Positions 7,240-16,159 of a stretch of DNA of 32,000 bases are shown here, one piece after another. The DNA lies in the NCBI RefSeq assembly GCF_051097895.1, contig NZ_CP142525.1, forward strand, positions 1,860,001-1,892,000, read 5' to 3'. The notes under the pieces were generated by a model that saw nothing but the letters and a program-made list of their open reading frames with translations, ran no database searches and was not told where the DNA came from. The position numbers and the translations under genes are program-made. This DNA is from Psychrobacter sp. HD31 (lineage in GTDB: Bacteria > Pseudomonadota > Gammaproteobacteria > Pseudomonadales > Moraxellaceae). Positions within the stretch are counted from its first letter, which is position 1. Each line of letters begins with the position of its first letter.

Positions 7240-8763
7240 TTAGTCTTGCTGTATTGGTAGGCAAACTAAAAACCTTGTATGCCCTTGCCATGTATCGGTA
7301 ATAATCGAACCATTGTGTGCTTCTACAATTTGTGCCACCAAAGATAAACCAAGACCGGAGCCCTTTTTTTCTTGCTGTAAACGGACAAATGGGCTAAAGA
7401 TGTCTTCTCTTTTTTCTTGAGGGATGCCACTACCTTGGTCAACGACGGCAATAACAGCATAACGCACATTTGATGCAGCTTTTTCAATTTTTCGGAGTTG
7501 TCGTTTGTTTTTACGTTTAGTTGCTTTTTTCTTATTTGTTATTTGAATTGATTGATTTTGCTTGGTGATGGCAGCAATGTTGTCATTGGTTGTTAAAATT
7601 TGTTGGGGTATCTCATTGGCTTGCCCAGCAGAGGTTGCACCATAAACATAAACTTGAATGGGCGGTGTACCATGTATCATGGCATTGTTTAATAAATTAC
7701 GGATCAAATGAGTTACTAGTTTAGGTTGCCCTAAAATAGTAAGATGCTCACCAAATAGGCTGGCTTCAGAATAGTGTTGAGATTCTTGCTGAATTAAATC
7801 ATATAAATCAAATTTTTCCACTTGTTGTAAGGCATGCCCAGCGTCGAGCCTACTAACCAATAGGATGCTTTCAACCAAATCGTTTAACCCGGTTAAATCA
7901 CGATTAATTGCTTTAGCACGCTTATCAAACATTGCCTTGCTTTTGTCATCAAGCTGTTTGGCAAGCATGTCCATCATTTCTGTTTGTAATCTAATTCTAG
8001 TAATGGGGGTGCGAATCTCATGAGAAGCATGGGCAAGTAGTAAGTTGTTGGCATTTACCAGCTTTTCAATTTTTTCGGCAGATTGGTTAAATCCTTTTGC
8101 TAAGGTTGCAATTTCATCTCTGCCATTAACGGGCACACGCACACTTAAATCGCCTTCGCCCAGTTGCGCCATATATTGGCTCATCCGGTTTAACCGCCAT
8201 GTCATAGAATAGGCTAAAAACCATAAAGCGATAGACATAATCAGCAACAATAAAAGGGTGCCTGTAAAAATATTTAAAATGGTGTTGCTTTTTGGCTGTG
8301 TACGAGACTCAAATAATAGGGTATAACCAGCTTGGTTGTTGTACACCTGAACCTGTTCTGTTGGTGGTAAACCCGCTAAGGTAGGGAAGGTGCGGGCAAA
8401 CCAAGATGGTGGGGTTGGGCGTATTTTGGGTAAGTCACTCCCTGCGGTTTGTACAATGAGGTGATTGTTCGTATCATATATTGCCATTTTTGCATCAAGG
8501 GTACTGTCATAACTGTCAATTCCTTTTTTTAAAAGTGCCAGCATAAAGCGAGAGTCTAGTAGCGTTTCGGTTTTATTTAAGTCAATTAATAAAGGGGTCA
8601 GTCTTTCAGATACTTGGTTTGCCAAAACCTTAGAACGCATGCTGTGGTCGTTATCCTGAATGACCTGATTCATAAAAATCATGGCAGCAGCAAAAACAAT
8701 CAATGCCAACATCACGTTGACAAAGATTTTACTAAACAAGGAAGGAAAACGAAAAAACGACAT
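7240..8763 (-). CDS. Sensor histidine kinase (two TM helices, HAMP, HisKA, HATPase_c) with a large basic insertion in the ATPase domain
   Basis: The H-box is HASHEIRTPITRI, the N-box NLLNNAMIHG, G1 DQGSGIP, the F-box IFSPFVR and G2 GSGLGLSLV. It lies 20 nt downstream of the response regulator. Confidence 0.88.
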   Translation of the reverse strand: MSFFRFPSLFSKIFVNVMLALIVFAAAMIFMNQVIQDNDHSMRSKVLANQVSERLTPLLIDLNKTETLLDSRFMLALLKKGIDSYDSTLDAKMAIYDTNNHLIVQTAGSDLPKIRPTPPSWFARTFPTLAGLPPTEQVQVYNNQAGYTLLFESRTQPKSNTILNIFTGTLLLLLIMSIALWFLAYSMTWRLNRMSQYMAQLGEGDLSVRVPVNGRDEIATLAKGFNQSAEKIEKLVNANNLLLAHASHEIRTPITRIRLQTEMMDMLAKQLDDKSKAMFDKRAKAINRDLTGLNDLVESILLVSRLDAGHALQQVEKFDLYDLIQQESQHYSEASLFGEHLTILGQPKLVTHLIRNLLNNAMIHGTPPIQVYVYGATSAGQANEIPQQILTTNDNIAAITKQNQSIQITNKKKATKRKNKRQLRKIEKAASNVRYAVIAVVDQGSGIPQEKREDIFSPFVRLQQEKKGSGLGLSLVAQIVEAHNGSIITDTWQGHTRFLVCLPIQQD

Positions 8764-8783
8764 CTTGTGGTTTAAACCTTATT

Positions 8784-9506
8784 TTAAACTTGGTCTGTCG
8801 CAAATTGATAGCCAATACCACGCACAGTGATGATGCGTTTTGGTTGGCGAGGGTTTTCTTCAATTAACGCACGTAAACGCGAGATATGTACATCAATCGC
8901 ACGATCAATGTTGTCTGAACTATCATCATTTGGCATGGCCTGCCACAATTGCTCTCGGCTTAGCACCTTGCCTGCATGGGTTGCAAAGTAGTGTAGCAAC
9001 TGGAACTGGTGCGTGGTTAATCTTACAGGTTGCTCATCAATAAAGACTTCGTGACTGTCAGGCAAAATGGTTAAACGACCAAATGTTAAGTTTTCAGAAT
9101 TACTGTCATCTTGGTTTGGTTGTTCGTGTCTGCGTAAAACCGCACGTACACGGGCAAGCAGTTCACGTGGTTCAAATGGTTTTGGCATATAGTCATCCGC
9201 CCCCATTTCTAACCCTAAAACTCTATCCGTTGTATCGCCTTTGGCAGTTAGCATAACGATAGGCACTTTGTTAATGGCCGAGTTTTTACTGTTTCGGATG
9301 GTTTGGCAAACTTGCATACCATCCATGTCTGGTAGCATTAAATCCAATATAATTAAGTTAATGTCTCTTTCTTTGGTATCAAGAATGTTTAGACCATCTT
9401 TTGCGGTGCCAGCGGTAATGACATCATAGTAGTTCATTTTAAGATAATCGCTAATCAATTCAGATAAGTCTGGATCATCTTCAATAATTAAAATTTGTTT
9501 GCTCAT
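8784..9506 (-). CDS. OmpR/PhoB-family DNA-binding response regulator
   Basis: The receiver motifs are ILIIEDD, ILDLMLPDMDG and MLTAKGD. The winged-helix C-terminus reads IDVHISRLRALIEENP...IITVRGIGYQF. AAGGA lies upstream of the ATG. Confidence 0.9.
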   Translation of the reverse strand: MSKQILIIEDDPDLSELISDYLKMNYYDVITAGTAKDGLNILDTKERDINLIILDLMLPDMDGMQVCQTIRNSKNSAINKVPIVMLTAKGDTTDRVLGLEMGADDYMPKPFEPRELLARVRAVLRRHEQPNQDDSNSENLTFGRLTILPDSHEVFIDEQPVRLTTHQFQLLHYFATHAGKVLSREQLWQAMPNDDSSDNIDRAIDVHISRLRALIEENPRQPKRIITVRGIGYQFATDQV

Positions 9507-9596
9507 AGCTGAGTCCTTATGATTAAAGTGCTCAAAAAATATTTTAAAAAAATAAATTAAGATATTAGTGATTATAATGCCTAATTTACGGGGGCA

Positions 9597-9666
9597 GTAA
9601 CAATATATAATTTGTTACAAATTAGGGCAAATGTAACACAAGTGATGCGTGTTTCTAAACACTTGT
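9597..9666 (-). promoter_or_regulatory. Candidate operator and promoter region of the two-component operon
   Basis: Three GTAACA/TGTTAC half-sites occur at 9597-9602, 9613-9618 and 9632-9638. An inverted repeat ACAAGTG-N15-CACTTGT spans 9638-9666. A minus-strand TATAAT lies just downstream, about 75 nt before the response-regulator ATG. Confidence 0.25.
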
Positions 9667-9703
9667 CGCAATTGTCACAGAGCTACTGACAGTTTTGCTG
9701 TGT

Positions 9704-10900
9704 CTATGATATTTGAAGGGTTTTTCCTTCTGCATCTTTGGGTAAGTCTGCCAGTACAATTAAGGTATCACTTGGTATGCCAGAAACTAAATACTGTTGG
9801 CTTTGAGCGTTAAAACTGATGACCTCTACCGCTTGTCTTGCTAACAGTTTGTCTTGATTAACAATCCAAACAAAGGCTTTGATAGGGGCAGCAACATGCG
9901 CATCTGGTGATGAAAATTCCGATAAGTCTGCATCATGTATTGCCGATTCATCTACCAAAGTACCAATGTCTAGTTGTCCATAATCAAGCCTACCAGTGAC
10001 CATTGCGCCTATTTTTGGTAGATGTTGATTGGTATTTTCAACCATTTGCACATGCACGGCGACCTTGTGTTGGGTTTTAAGCTCTACTACATCGGATACT
10101 TGCCCAGTTAACCCTTTAACTTCGGGGGCATCGTCTAATGCAAGGTTTACATGTTGCCCAATGATTAAACGCGGTTTGGTGTAAGCGGGCAGTAGCCCAA
10201 TAAATTTAAGCATATCAATAGATTGAATATTTAAAATAGGCGCGTTAATGCCTACTTCATCATTAGCTTGATAGTAAATAGGGCTTATTTGTCCGTCAAA
10301 AGGTGCGGTATACTCAAAAACTTCTTCATTTTTGTTAGTTGTAATTTGGGTGTTGTCTTCTTCAATCGTTTGTATGTCGTTTTGAAGCCCTTGTAGGTTA
10401 TCTCCAATCTTTTTAACCGTATTGTTGATGTCATCGCTAACTTGTTCTGCCAGGTTTTTAGTTTCATCTTCAGTCTTTGAGCTTTGTTTGGCAATATCTC
10501 GGCTTGTTAGTAAACTTGGTAAAATGGTGTAAGTAAAAAGCACCTCTCCTTTTTTTACCATTTGCCCTTTTTGACATAAAAATGATTTTATTTTAATTTT
10601 TGAATCAAATTTTATAGTGGCTTGTTGAGCAGGGGATAATTGACCATATAAATTAAGGCTAGGTTGGTACTGTTCTGATTTAATTGAGGCGATATGCTCT
10701 GGTGTTAAAGTGACGTGTGTATCACCAATTAAAATAAGGCCGTGATTATCATGTGATTCGACAACTGGTTCTTGTTTTTTACAACCGTTTAATGAAAAAC
10801 AGCAAGCCACCAAAATGCAGGCAACCAACAAGTTTTTGCAATTGTTGTTTAAAAGCTTGGAGTTCAAGACAGTTATCATTTTGGGCTTATCCATAATCAC
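9704..10900 (-). CDS. Membrane-fusion (HlyD/RND periplasmic adaptor) family lipoprotein
   Basis: The lipobox is FSLNGC. The lipoyl-like motif GQMVKKGEVLFTY, a short coiled-coil segment and the APFDGQI motif are typical of adaptor subunits. The start is ambiguous (GTG 10900, ATG 10894 or ATG 10879). Confidence 0.65.
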   Translation of the reverse strand: MIMDKPKMITVLNSKLLNNNCKNLLVACILVACCFSLNGCKKQEPVVESHDNHGLILIGDTHVTLTPEHIASIKSEQYQPSLNLYGQLSPAQQATIKFDSKIKIKSFLCQKGQMVKKGEVLFTYTILPSLLTSRDIAKQSSKTEDETKNLAEQVSDDINNTVKKIGDNLQGLQNDIQTIEEDNTQITTNKNEEVFEYTAPFDGQISPIYYQANDEVGINAPILNIQSIDMLKFIGLLPAYTKPRLIIGQHVNLALDDAPEVKGLTGQVSDVVELKTQHKVAVHVQMVENTNQHLPKIGAMVTGRLDYGQLDIGTLVDESAIHDADLSEFSSPDAHVAAPIKAFVWIVNQDKLLARQAVEVISFNAQSQQYLVSGIPSDTLIVLADLPKDAEGKTLQIS

Positions 10901-10995
10901 ATTTATTATAATATCATCACTATTTTACTTAAATTTTTACCATTGTGAGTAGTTTTTTGTGATAATTAATTTGTTAATTAAGAGGAGGTGTTTTT

Positions 10996-11490
10996 ATGGC
11001 AAATCAAAAATGGTCGGTGGTAACCAGAATCATCCATTGGACAATTGCGATTTTATTGCTTGCAACTTGGATATCAATTGAATACGTGGATAATCTTGAC
11101 TTGCATAAGTCACTTGGTGTGGTTGTGTTGTTATTTGCGGTTGCACGGATAATTAACCGTATTACTGCGGCAGATCCTGTTAAATTAAATAACCCAAAGT
11201 GGCAAAAAATTGCAGCGGAATCAACGCACGGATTATTGTATTTGCTGTTGTTAGCCATGCCTATTCTAGGCATTTTACGGAGTGTGTATGCAGGGTATCC
11301 CGTGAGTGTTTTTGCAATATTTGAAATACCTGTATTTGTTACGCCTGATAGAGAAATTGCTAAAATTCTACATGAGTGGCACACCAATATTGTGTGGACG
11401 TTAGTGCTGATGTTAACGGCAATACATATTTTTGGCGCACTTTATAATCAATTTATATTAAAAAATAATGTCATCAATAGAATTAGATAA
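10996..11490 (+). CDS. Cytochrome b561 family protein
   Basis: It has four TM helices with conserved His residues (IIHWTIA, LHKSLG, HEWHTN, AIHIFGALY). A strong SD (GAGGAGG) precedes the ATG. Confidence 0.8.
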   Translation: MANQKWSVVTRIIHWTIAILLLATWISIEYVDNLDLHKSLGVVVLLFAVARIINRITAADPVKLNNPKWQKIAAESTHGLLYLLLLAMPILGILRSVYAGYPVSVFAIFEIPVFVTPDREIAKILHEWHTNIVWTLVLMLTAIHIFGALYNQFILKNNVINRIR

Positions 11491-11553
11491 GCTTTCATAA
11501 TAAAAGGGTAGGTGTAAAGCTGCGTGCGATTATGAGGTAATTTTAGATAAAAA

Positions 11554-11581
11554 AGAGGCAGGTAAATTATTACCTGCCTCT
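11554..11581. terminator. Bidirectional terminator hairpin between cytochrome b561 and minE
   Basis: The hairpin is AGAGGCAGGTAA-ATTA-TTACCTGCCTCT, flanked by an A5 run upstream and a T3 run downstream. Confidence 0.7.
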
Positions 11582-11614
11582 TTAAATTGCTTTTTTATTA
11601 GCTTAATAATTACA

Positions 11615-11890
11615 TTAGCGCTGATCTGGTAAGTTGATGTTCATTTCTAGCATGTCATAGTTATCTTCATGGCGATGATTGATATTAACATCATTCATTT
11701 CCACGCCATTAACATACTTATTAACAACATCTAAGATTTCACGTTTCATTTTTTCAATGCGATCAGCGGTTAGGCGACTATTTAAGCGGTCATCACTTGC
11801 GACAATCACTTTTAAACGTTCGGTTGCTGTGTTAGCACTGCCAGTGGTTTGCGAGTCACCACCAAATAGTTTACTCCAAAATCCTGCCAT
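11615..11890 (-). CDS. minE: Cell division topological specificity factor MinE
   Basis: The protein is 91 aa and contains [15 protein letters not shown]. It lies directly downstream of minD, 2 nt after its stop codon. Confidence 0.92.
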   Translation of the reverse strand: MAGFWSKLFGGDSQTTGSANTATERLKVIVASDDRLNSRLTADRIEKMKREILDVVNKYVNGVEMNDVNINHRHEDNYDMLEMNINLPDQR

Positions 11891-11892
11891 TT

Positions 11893-12705
11893 CTAACCTC
11901 CAAACATACGTTGTAGCCAGCCTTTCTTCTTCACTTCGATATGACGAAGTGGGCGTTCTTCCCCTAAAAAGCGAGCAACGATATCATCGTAGCATTGACC
12001 AGCAACAGAGTTGGTAAAGTTGATGACAGGCTCACCTTGGTTAGAGGCTTCTAGCACGGTATCACTTTCAGGAATCACCCCTAATAAAGGGACTTTTAAA
12101 ATGTCCTTAGAAATCGTGTCAATGTCCATCATCTCGTTTGCTGCAGCACGCTCTGGATTATAGCGACTAACAATTAGATGCTCACGCACGCTACCAGTGC
12201 CTTCTTCTACTTTTTTGGTACGGCTTTGTAAAATACCAATGATACGGTCAGAGTCACGCACAGATGAAATTTCTGGATTGGTAACAATCAGTGCTTCGTC
12301 TGCATGGTACATAGCAAGCTGTGCACCACGTTCAATACCTGCTGGTGAGTCACAAATAATATAGTCAAAATCTTCAGAAAGTTCTTGCATAACTTGTGCA
12401 ACACCCTCGTCAGTCAGTGCATCTTTATCACGTGTTTGACTGGCAGGTAAAATGAATAGATTTTCGAGCTCTTTATCTTTAACTAAGGCTTGTGATAGGC
12501 GAGCATTACCGTTAATGACATCTACAAAATCATAAACAATGCGGTTTTCACAGCCCATTACTAGGTCAAGGTTACGTAGGCCAACATCAAAGTCGATAAC
12601 AACGGTTTTGTAGCCTCGCTGGGCTAGGCCAGTAGCAAAAGAGGCACTGGTTGTTGTTTTGCCAACACCGCCTTTACCAGAAGTAATTACAACGATTTTT
12701 GCCAC
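11893..12705 (-). CDS. minD: Septum site-determining ATPase MinD
   Basis: It has the deviant Walker A motif [12 protein letters not shown] and a C-terminal amphipathic helix ([11 protein letters not shown]). The start is GTG with AGGAG 9 nt upstream. Confidence 0.95.
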   Translation of the reverse strand: MAKIVVITSGKGGVGKTTTSASFATGLAQRGYKTVVIDFDVGLRNLDLVMGCENRIVYDFVDVINGNARLSQALVKDKELENLFILPASQTRDKDALTDEGVAQVMQELSEDFDYIICDSPAGIERGAQLAMYHADEALIVTNPEISSVRDSDRIIGILQSRTKKVEEGTGSVREHLIVSRYNPERAAANEMMDIDTISKDILKVPLLGVIPESDTVLEASNQGEPVINFTNSVAGQCYDDIVARFLGEERPLRHIEVKKKGWLQRMFGG

Positions 12706-12849
12706 AGTGGCGTACTCCTGTATTTTGTTTTGTAATTTATATTTGCAATATGCACAATAGTTTATCGTTAATAGGTTAGCATAATATTAAAAAAAATAAT
12801 AACAATATTTAATTGTCTTTAAATGCTTATGCTTTGGTTTAATTTGGGG

Positions 12850-13617
12850 TTAATCTTCATCCATAATCTGAAAAACAAGCCCTTCGCCTTCACGGAAGCT
12901 CACTTGCACAGGTTGGTCAATAACCTCTTCTGGAATGCTATCTCGCAGGCAATAAGTACCGGCAACAGACACCAATGACGGATTAAAACGCTGACAAAAA
13001 ATATGTGCGTTTTGGTCGCCAGTTGCACCCGCTACCAGCCTACCCAAGCCACGTCCATAAATGTGCAGGTTGTTGTCGGTGATTGCTTCGGCGCCATCAT
13101 TTAAACCGTTTAGTAAAACCAGGTCACCCCCCGTATGGCTTAAGCTTTGTCCAGAGCGTAACATTGGCTCGTAAACCATACTTGTCATACCCTCTGAGTT
13201 TTTAGCAGCTTGGCTTATATGAGGCGTTTTTGTTTCTGTTTTTGTCGGTTTAACAATATTGTCTTTTGAGTGTTTAGTATCCGATGGTTTTGGTTTAATA
13301 CGTTCGATACGTTTGCCATCGGCAGGGAAAATAGCAAGCTGTAATTGTTTTGCTTGTTCATCCATTTCACCAGTTACAACCCCAATAGGCTGTAGCCCCC
13401 ATTGCCAAAGTAGTTCAACAAGCGCTTGTAAATTTTGTTCTATTTCGCTTTCTATGATGACAGGGATTTGACTATCTTTTGTGACACCTTCTGATTGTAA
13501 GGTTGCTTCAATTTCGTTTAAATCGTTGGTGCTGAGCCTTAAACGAGAAAAAGTAAGCATTTTGCCAAAAAAACCGACTTTGCTTTCTTTTGTACGGGTT
13601 TTTTGTTTTTTGGTCAT
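12850..13617 (-). CDS. minC: Septum formation inhibitor MinC
   Basis: It sits upstream of minDE. The C-terminal beta-helix region reads LRSGQSLSHTGGDLVLLNGLNDGAEAITDNNLHIYG. Confidence 0.88.
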   Translation of the reverse strand: MTKKQKTRTKESKVGFFGKMLTFSRLRLSTNDLNEIEATLQSEGVTKDSQIPVIIESEIEQNLQALVELLWQWGLQPIGVVTGEMDEQAKQLQLAIFPADGKRIERIKPKPSDTKHSKDNIVKPTKTETKTPHISQAAKNSEGMTSMVYEPMLRSGQSLSHTGGDLVLLNGLNDGAEAITDNNLHIYGRGLGRLVAGATGDQNAHIFCQRFNPSLVSVAGTYCLRDSIPEEVIDQPVQVSFREGEGLVFQIMDED

Positions 13618-13700
13618 GGTTTTATCCTAATAAACATTAATATAAATAGGGTATAATTTTTTAATCAAACAATGCAAATTTGGGTACTTATATTTGGCAC

Positions 13701-14750
13701 TTATAAATGAATGTGTTGGTTGTGTTTCCACTGCTGAACTTTTACCTGTTCTTCAAATGAAGTTAGCCCATCTTCAATAACATTGCCAAGTAAAGACTCC
13801 ATTGCAGGGTTGTCGATATCAATACGAGTAATACCTTCAGCAATTTCTTGGAACAATTTATCCAATACTTGCGTATCTAATAAGCGTTGGCTGACAGAGT
13901 TAACAACATTTTCTCCCACTTTTTGCCCTATGGTTAATACCTGAGACTCTATTAAGCTACCAGCAATTGGTATCATTCTTAGGTACTTACGCAGTTCTGG
14001 CGTTTGAACAATCGCATCTTGAATGGCCTCACCTGCTTGTATGGCAATAGGGCTAGATTTATCGGTTGGGTTTAGCGATTGTTGTAAGCGGGGTGCCAGC
14101 TCTTTATGAAGTAAGCTCACAATCATGGTTTCAATTTCTTTACGGTTACTTTCGATTGTTTTTTGAACCAAAGCCTGATGTGAAGCGGTATTTTTAATTT
14201 GAGTACGGAAATTATCGGTTGCTGTTAAAATTACACGGTCAGATAACTCTTCAAGTATCAGTTCATAATAAAATTTGCCTGTATCAATCCATTTTTGTGG
14301 AACAACTTGATAACCCAATTTGTATAAGTGACGACCAATAAAAAAAGCACGGAACAAACGTAGTGCACGTAATTGTGGAAGACAGCCTAAAACTTCATAC
14401 CAATGAACAAATGGAAAAAAGAACCAACGATAGTAGGTTTTACTAGCGATGGCAATAATCCAACGAACAACCAATTCAAAAATCAAAAATACAGTAAAAA
14501 ATCCACCTAAAGTATGAATAGGGTTGTGGAAGTTTTCTTTATAAGTGCTAATAAACTCTGTAATGCCAATCCACTCACCAACATAGGCTAAGGCAGAACT
14601 CATCATAATCGCATCGATAGAAATAATTGTTAAATCTACCACAATAACGAGTAACATAAACATGTCATAAATGAGTTTGCCAGTTAAAGGCTGTTTTTTA
14701 CGTTTTGTTAATGGCTTTTTTTGTATGCCAGCGTTTGGTGGATTTGTCAT
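13701..14750 (-). CDS. Membrane protein with a voltage-sensor-like four-helix domain and a ~190-aa cytoplasmic helical domain, with no pore domain
   Basis: The longest ORF starts at TTG 14762; ATG 14750 (MTNPPNAG) is preferred. The S3-S4-like segment is HWYEVLGCLPQLRALRLFRAFFIGRHLYKLG, and an S2-like acidic helix reads FTVFLIFELVVRW. Confidence 0.6.
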   Translation of the reverse strand: MTNPPNAGIQKKPLTKRKKQPLTGKLIYDMFMLLVIVVDLTIISIDAIMMSSALAYVGEWIGITEFISTYKENFHNPIHTLGGFFTVFLIFELVVRWIIAIASKTYYRWFFFPFVHWYEVLGCLPQLRALRLFRAFFIGRHLYKLGYQVVPQKWIDTGKFYYELILEELSDRVILTATDNFRTQIKNTASHQALVQKTIESNRKEIETMIVSLLHKELAPRLQQSLNPTDKSSPIAIQAGEAIQDAIVQTPELRKYLRMIPIAGSLIESQVLTIGQKVGENVVNSVSQRLLDTQVLDKLFQEIAEGITRIDIDNPAMESLLGNVIEDGLTSFEEQVKVQQWKHNQHIHL

Positions 14751-14909
14751 TATAATTCTCAAAATATGCAGTAAAAAAATGGTCTATAACTACTTAATTG
14801 TAATTATAAAGAAATGTGCCATATTAAGCGATATAAATGACAATCTTGTTGCCAATTTATAACATATTGAATATGAGATATATGTGTGGCAAAAGTTAAA
14901 TTTAATGGG

Positions 14910-15869
14910 TTAACACTTATCAAAGGTTGCTAGCATTTCATCAATGCGCGCATCTTTTTGCTGCCAAACGTTATCCAACCAATCAAACATTTGGGCTTTG
15001 ATCTTTTCATCGGTTTGGTAACCGCCTTGTTTGATGTCGCTAAACAGTTGTTCTGGCATGTCAATATGACGAATATCAACCCCTAAATTTTTGATATTAC
15101 CTTTCCATAAATCACTGTAATCGGGTGGTTGATTGGTAAAGTCGGGATACACAACCGTCATGTCCAAAATACCTTCTATCTCATCGCCTAAAGCACTAAT
15201 TGCGAGAGACAAGCCGCCAGCACGCGGTGTTAATAAATGTTGATAAGGCGAGTTTTGCTCTTTGTGTTTTTTTGGGCTAAAACGAGTGCCTTCAATGTAA
15301 TTTAATAATGTGAAAGGTTTGTTTCTAAGCAACTCACAAGCGCGTTTTGCTTCGTCGATATCTTTACCTTTTAATGCAGGGTTTTTAGCAATTTTTTCTT
15401 TAGAATGACGTTTCATCATCGGAAAATCTAAAAAATAAAAAGCTTGCCCTACAATTGGGATGTAAATTAGCTCAAATTTAGTAAAAAACCGAGTTAGGGG
15501 AAGTTTGTTTTCACTAATATATTGGATAATGCTGGTATCTACCCATGACTGATGGTTACAAATCAATAAATAACTTTTCTGTGGGTCTAAGTCATCAGGC
15601 AGATTAAACTGCCAGTTTTTTTTAGGCAAAATATTATCGATTAATTTGTTGTTAATCTTAATCCAATTATCAGCGATTTTGATAACGCTTTTATCTGCTA
15701 CTTTATTACCAGTGATAATTTTTACAGCCCCAGAAAGCCATAATGGGATGCTAGCCACAGATGAATGAGCAGTGATTGCGCTACTGGCTGTTGTTAAGGA
15801 TAGAACTTTCCCTACCTTTGGATTAGATTTATGGATTTTATTGAATATAGATTGTACGCTCATAGCCAT
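14910..15869 (-). CDS. yihG: Lysophospholipid acyltransferase, YihG-like (PlsC family)
   Basis: The HX4D motif is LLICNHQSWVD. IEGTRFSPKKHKEQNSPYQHLLTPRAGG and WLDNVWQQKDARI closely parallel E. coli YihG. Confidence 0.8.
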   Translation of the reverse strand: MAMSVQSIFNKIHKSNPKVGKVLSLTTASSAITAHSSVASIPLWLSGAVKIITGNKVADKSVIKIADNWIKINNKLIDNILPKKNWQFNLPDDLDPQKSYLLICNHQSWVDTSIIQYISENKLPLTRFFTKFELIYIPIVGQAFYFLDFPMMKRHSKEKIAKNPALKGKDIDEAKRACELLRNKPFTLLNYIEGTRFSPKKHKEQNSPYQHLLTPRAGGLSLAISALGDEIEGILDMTVVYPDFTNQPPDYSDLWKGNIKNLGVDIRHIDMPEQLFSDIKQGGYQTDEKIKAQMFDWLDNVWQQKDARIDEMLATFDKC

Positions 15870-16159
15870 TACTTTTTTTCATGTTTGTGTGGATGTAAAT
15901 TTAATTATCTGTTTTAAGTTATCTTATTTTTACATTTTACAAAATAAATTATTTTTTGCTAATAGATTATATACAGATTTATTTAAGCATAAATAGGTCA
16001 GAAACACCATTGTGACAAAATATTACACAATTTAGACTGGACTGTCTCTTTAAATTTGTTATCTTATAAGTATAAAGTTATGTGATTATGTTGGTACTTC
16101 ATTAATTAAATTTATTAAAGTACTAATTTAATACAATTATTATTTACCAGGAGAGGGAT

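Noticed and set aside
8524-8531. A T8 (A8 on the coding strand) homopolymer inside the histidine kinase gene was considered as a possible slipped-strand switch.
   Set aside because: The tract is short, lies in an AT-rich genome where such runs are frequent, and the reading frame is intact here. There is no evidence for variation from a single sequence.
8840-9429. + strand ORFs 8840..9043 and 9241..9429.
   Set aside because: They are antisense shadows inside the response-regulator gene, which has unambiguous receiver and winged-helix motifs.
11004-12017. ORFs 11004..11387 (-) and 11679..12017 (+).
   Set aside because: They are antisense to cytochrome b561 and to minE/minD respectively. The sense genes carry diagnostic motifs and the shadows do not.
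16009-16032. The inverted repeat ATTGTG-N12-CACAAT in the yihG / OmpA-lipoprotein divergent region superficially resembles a CRP site (TGTGA...TCACA).
   Set aside because: The spacing and half-site sequence do not fit the CRP consensus TGTGA-N6-TCACA, and 6-bp arms in AT-rich DNA are weak evidence.
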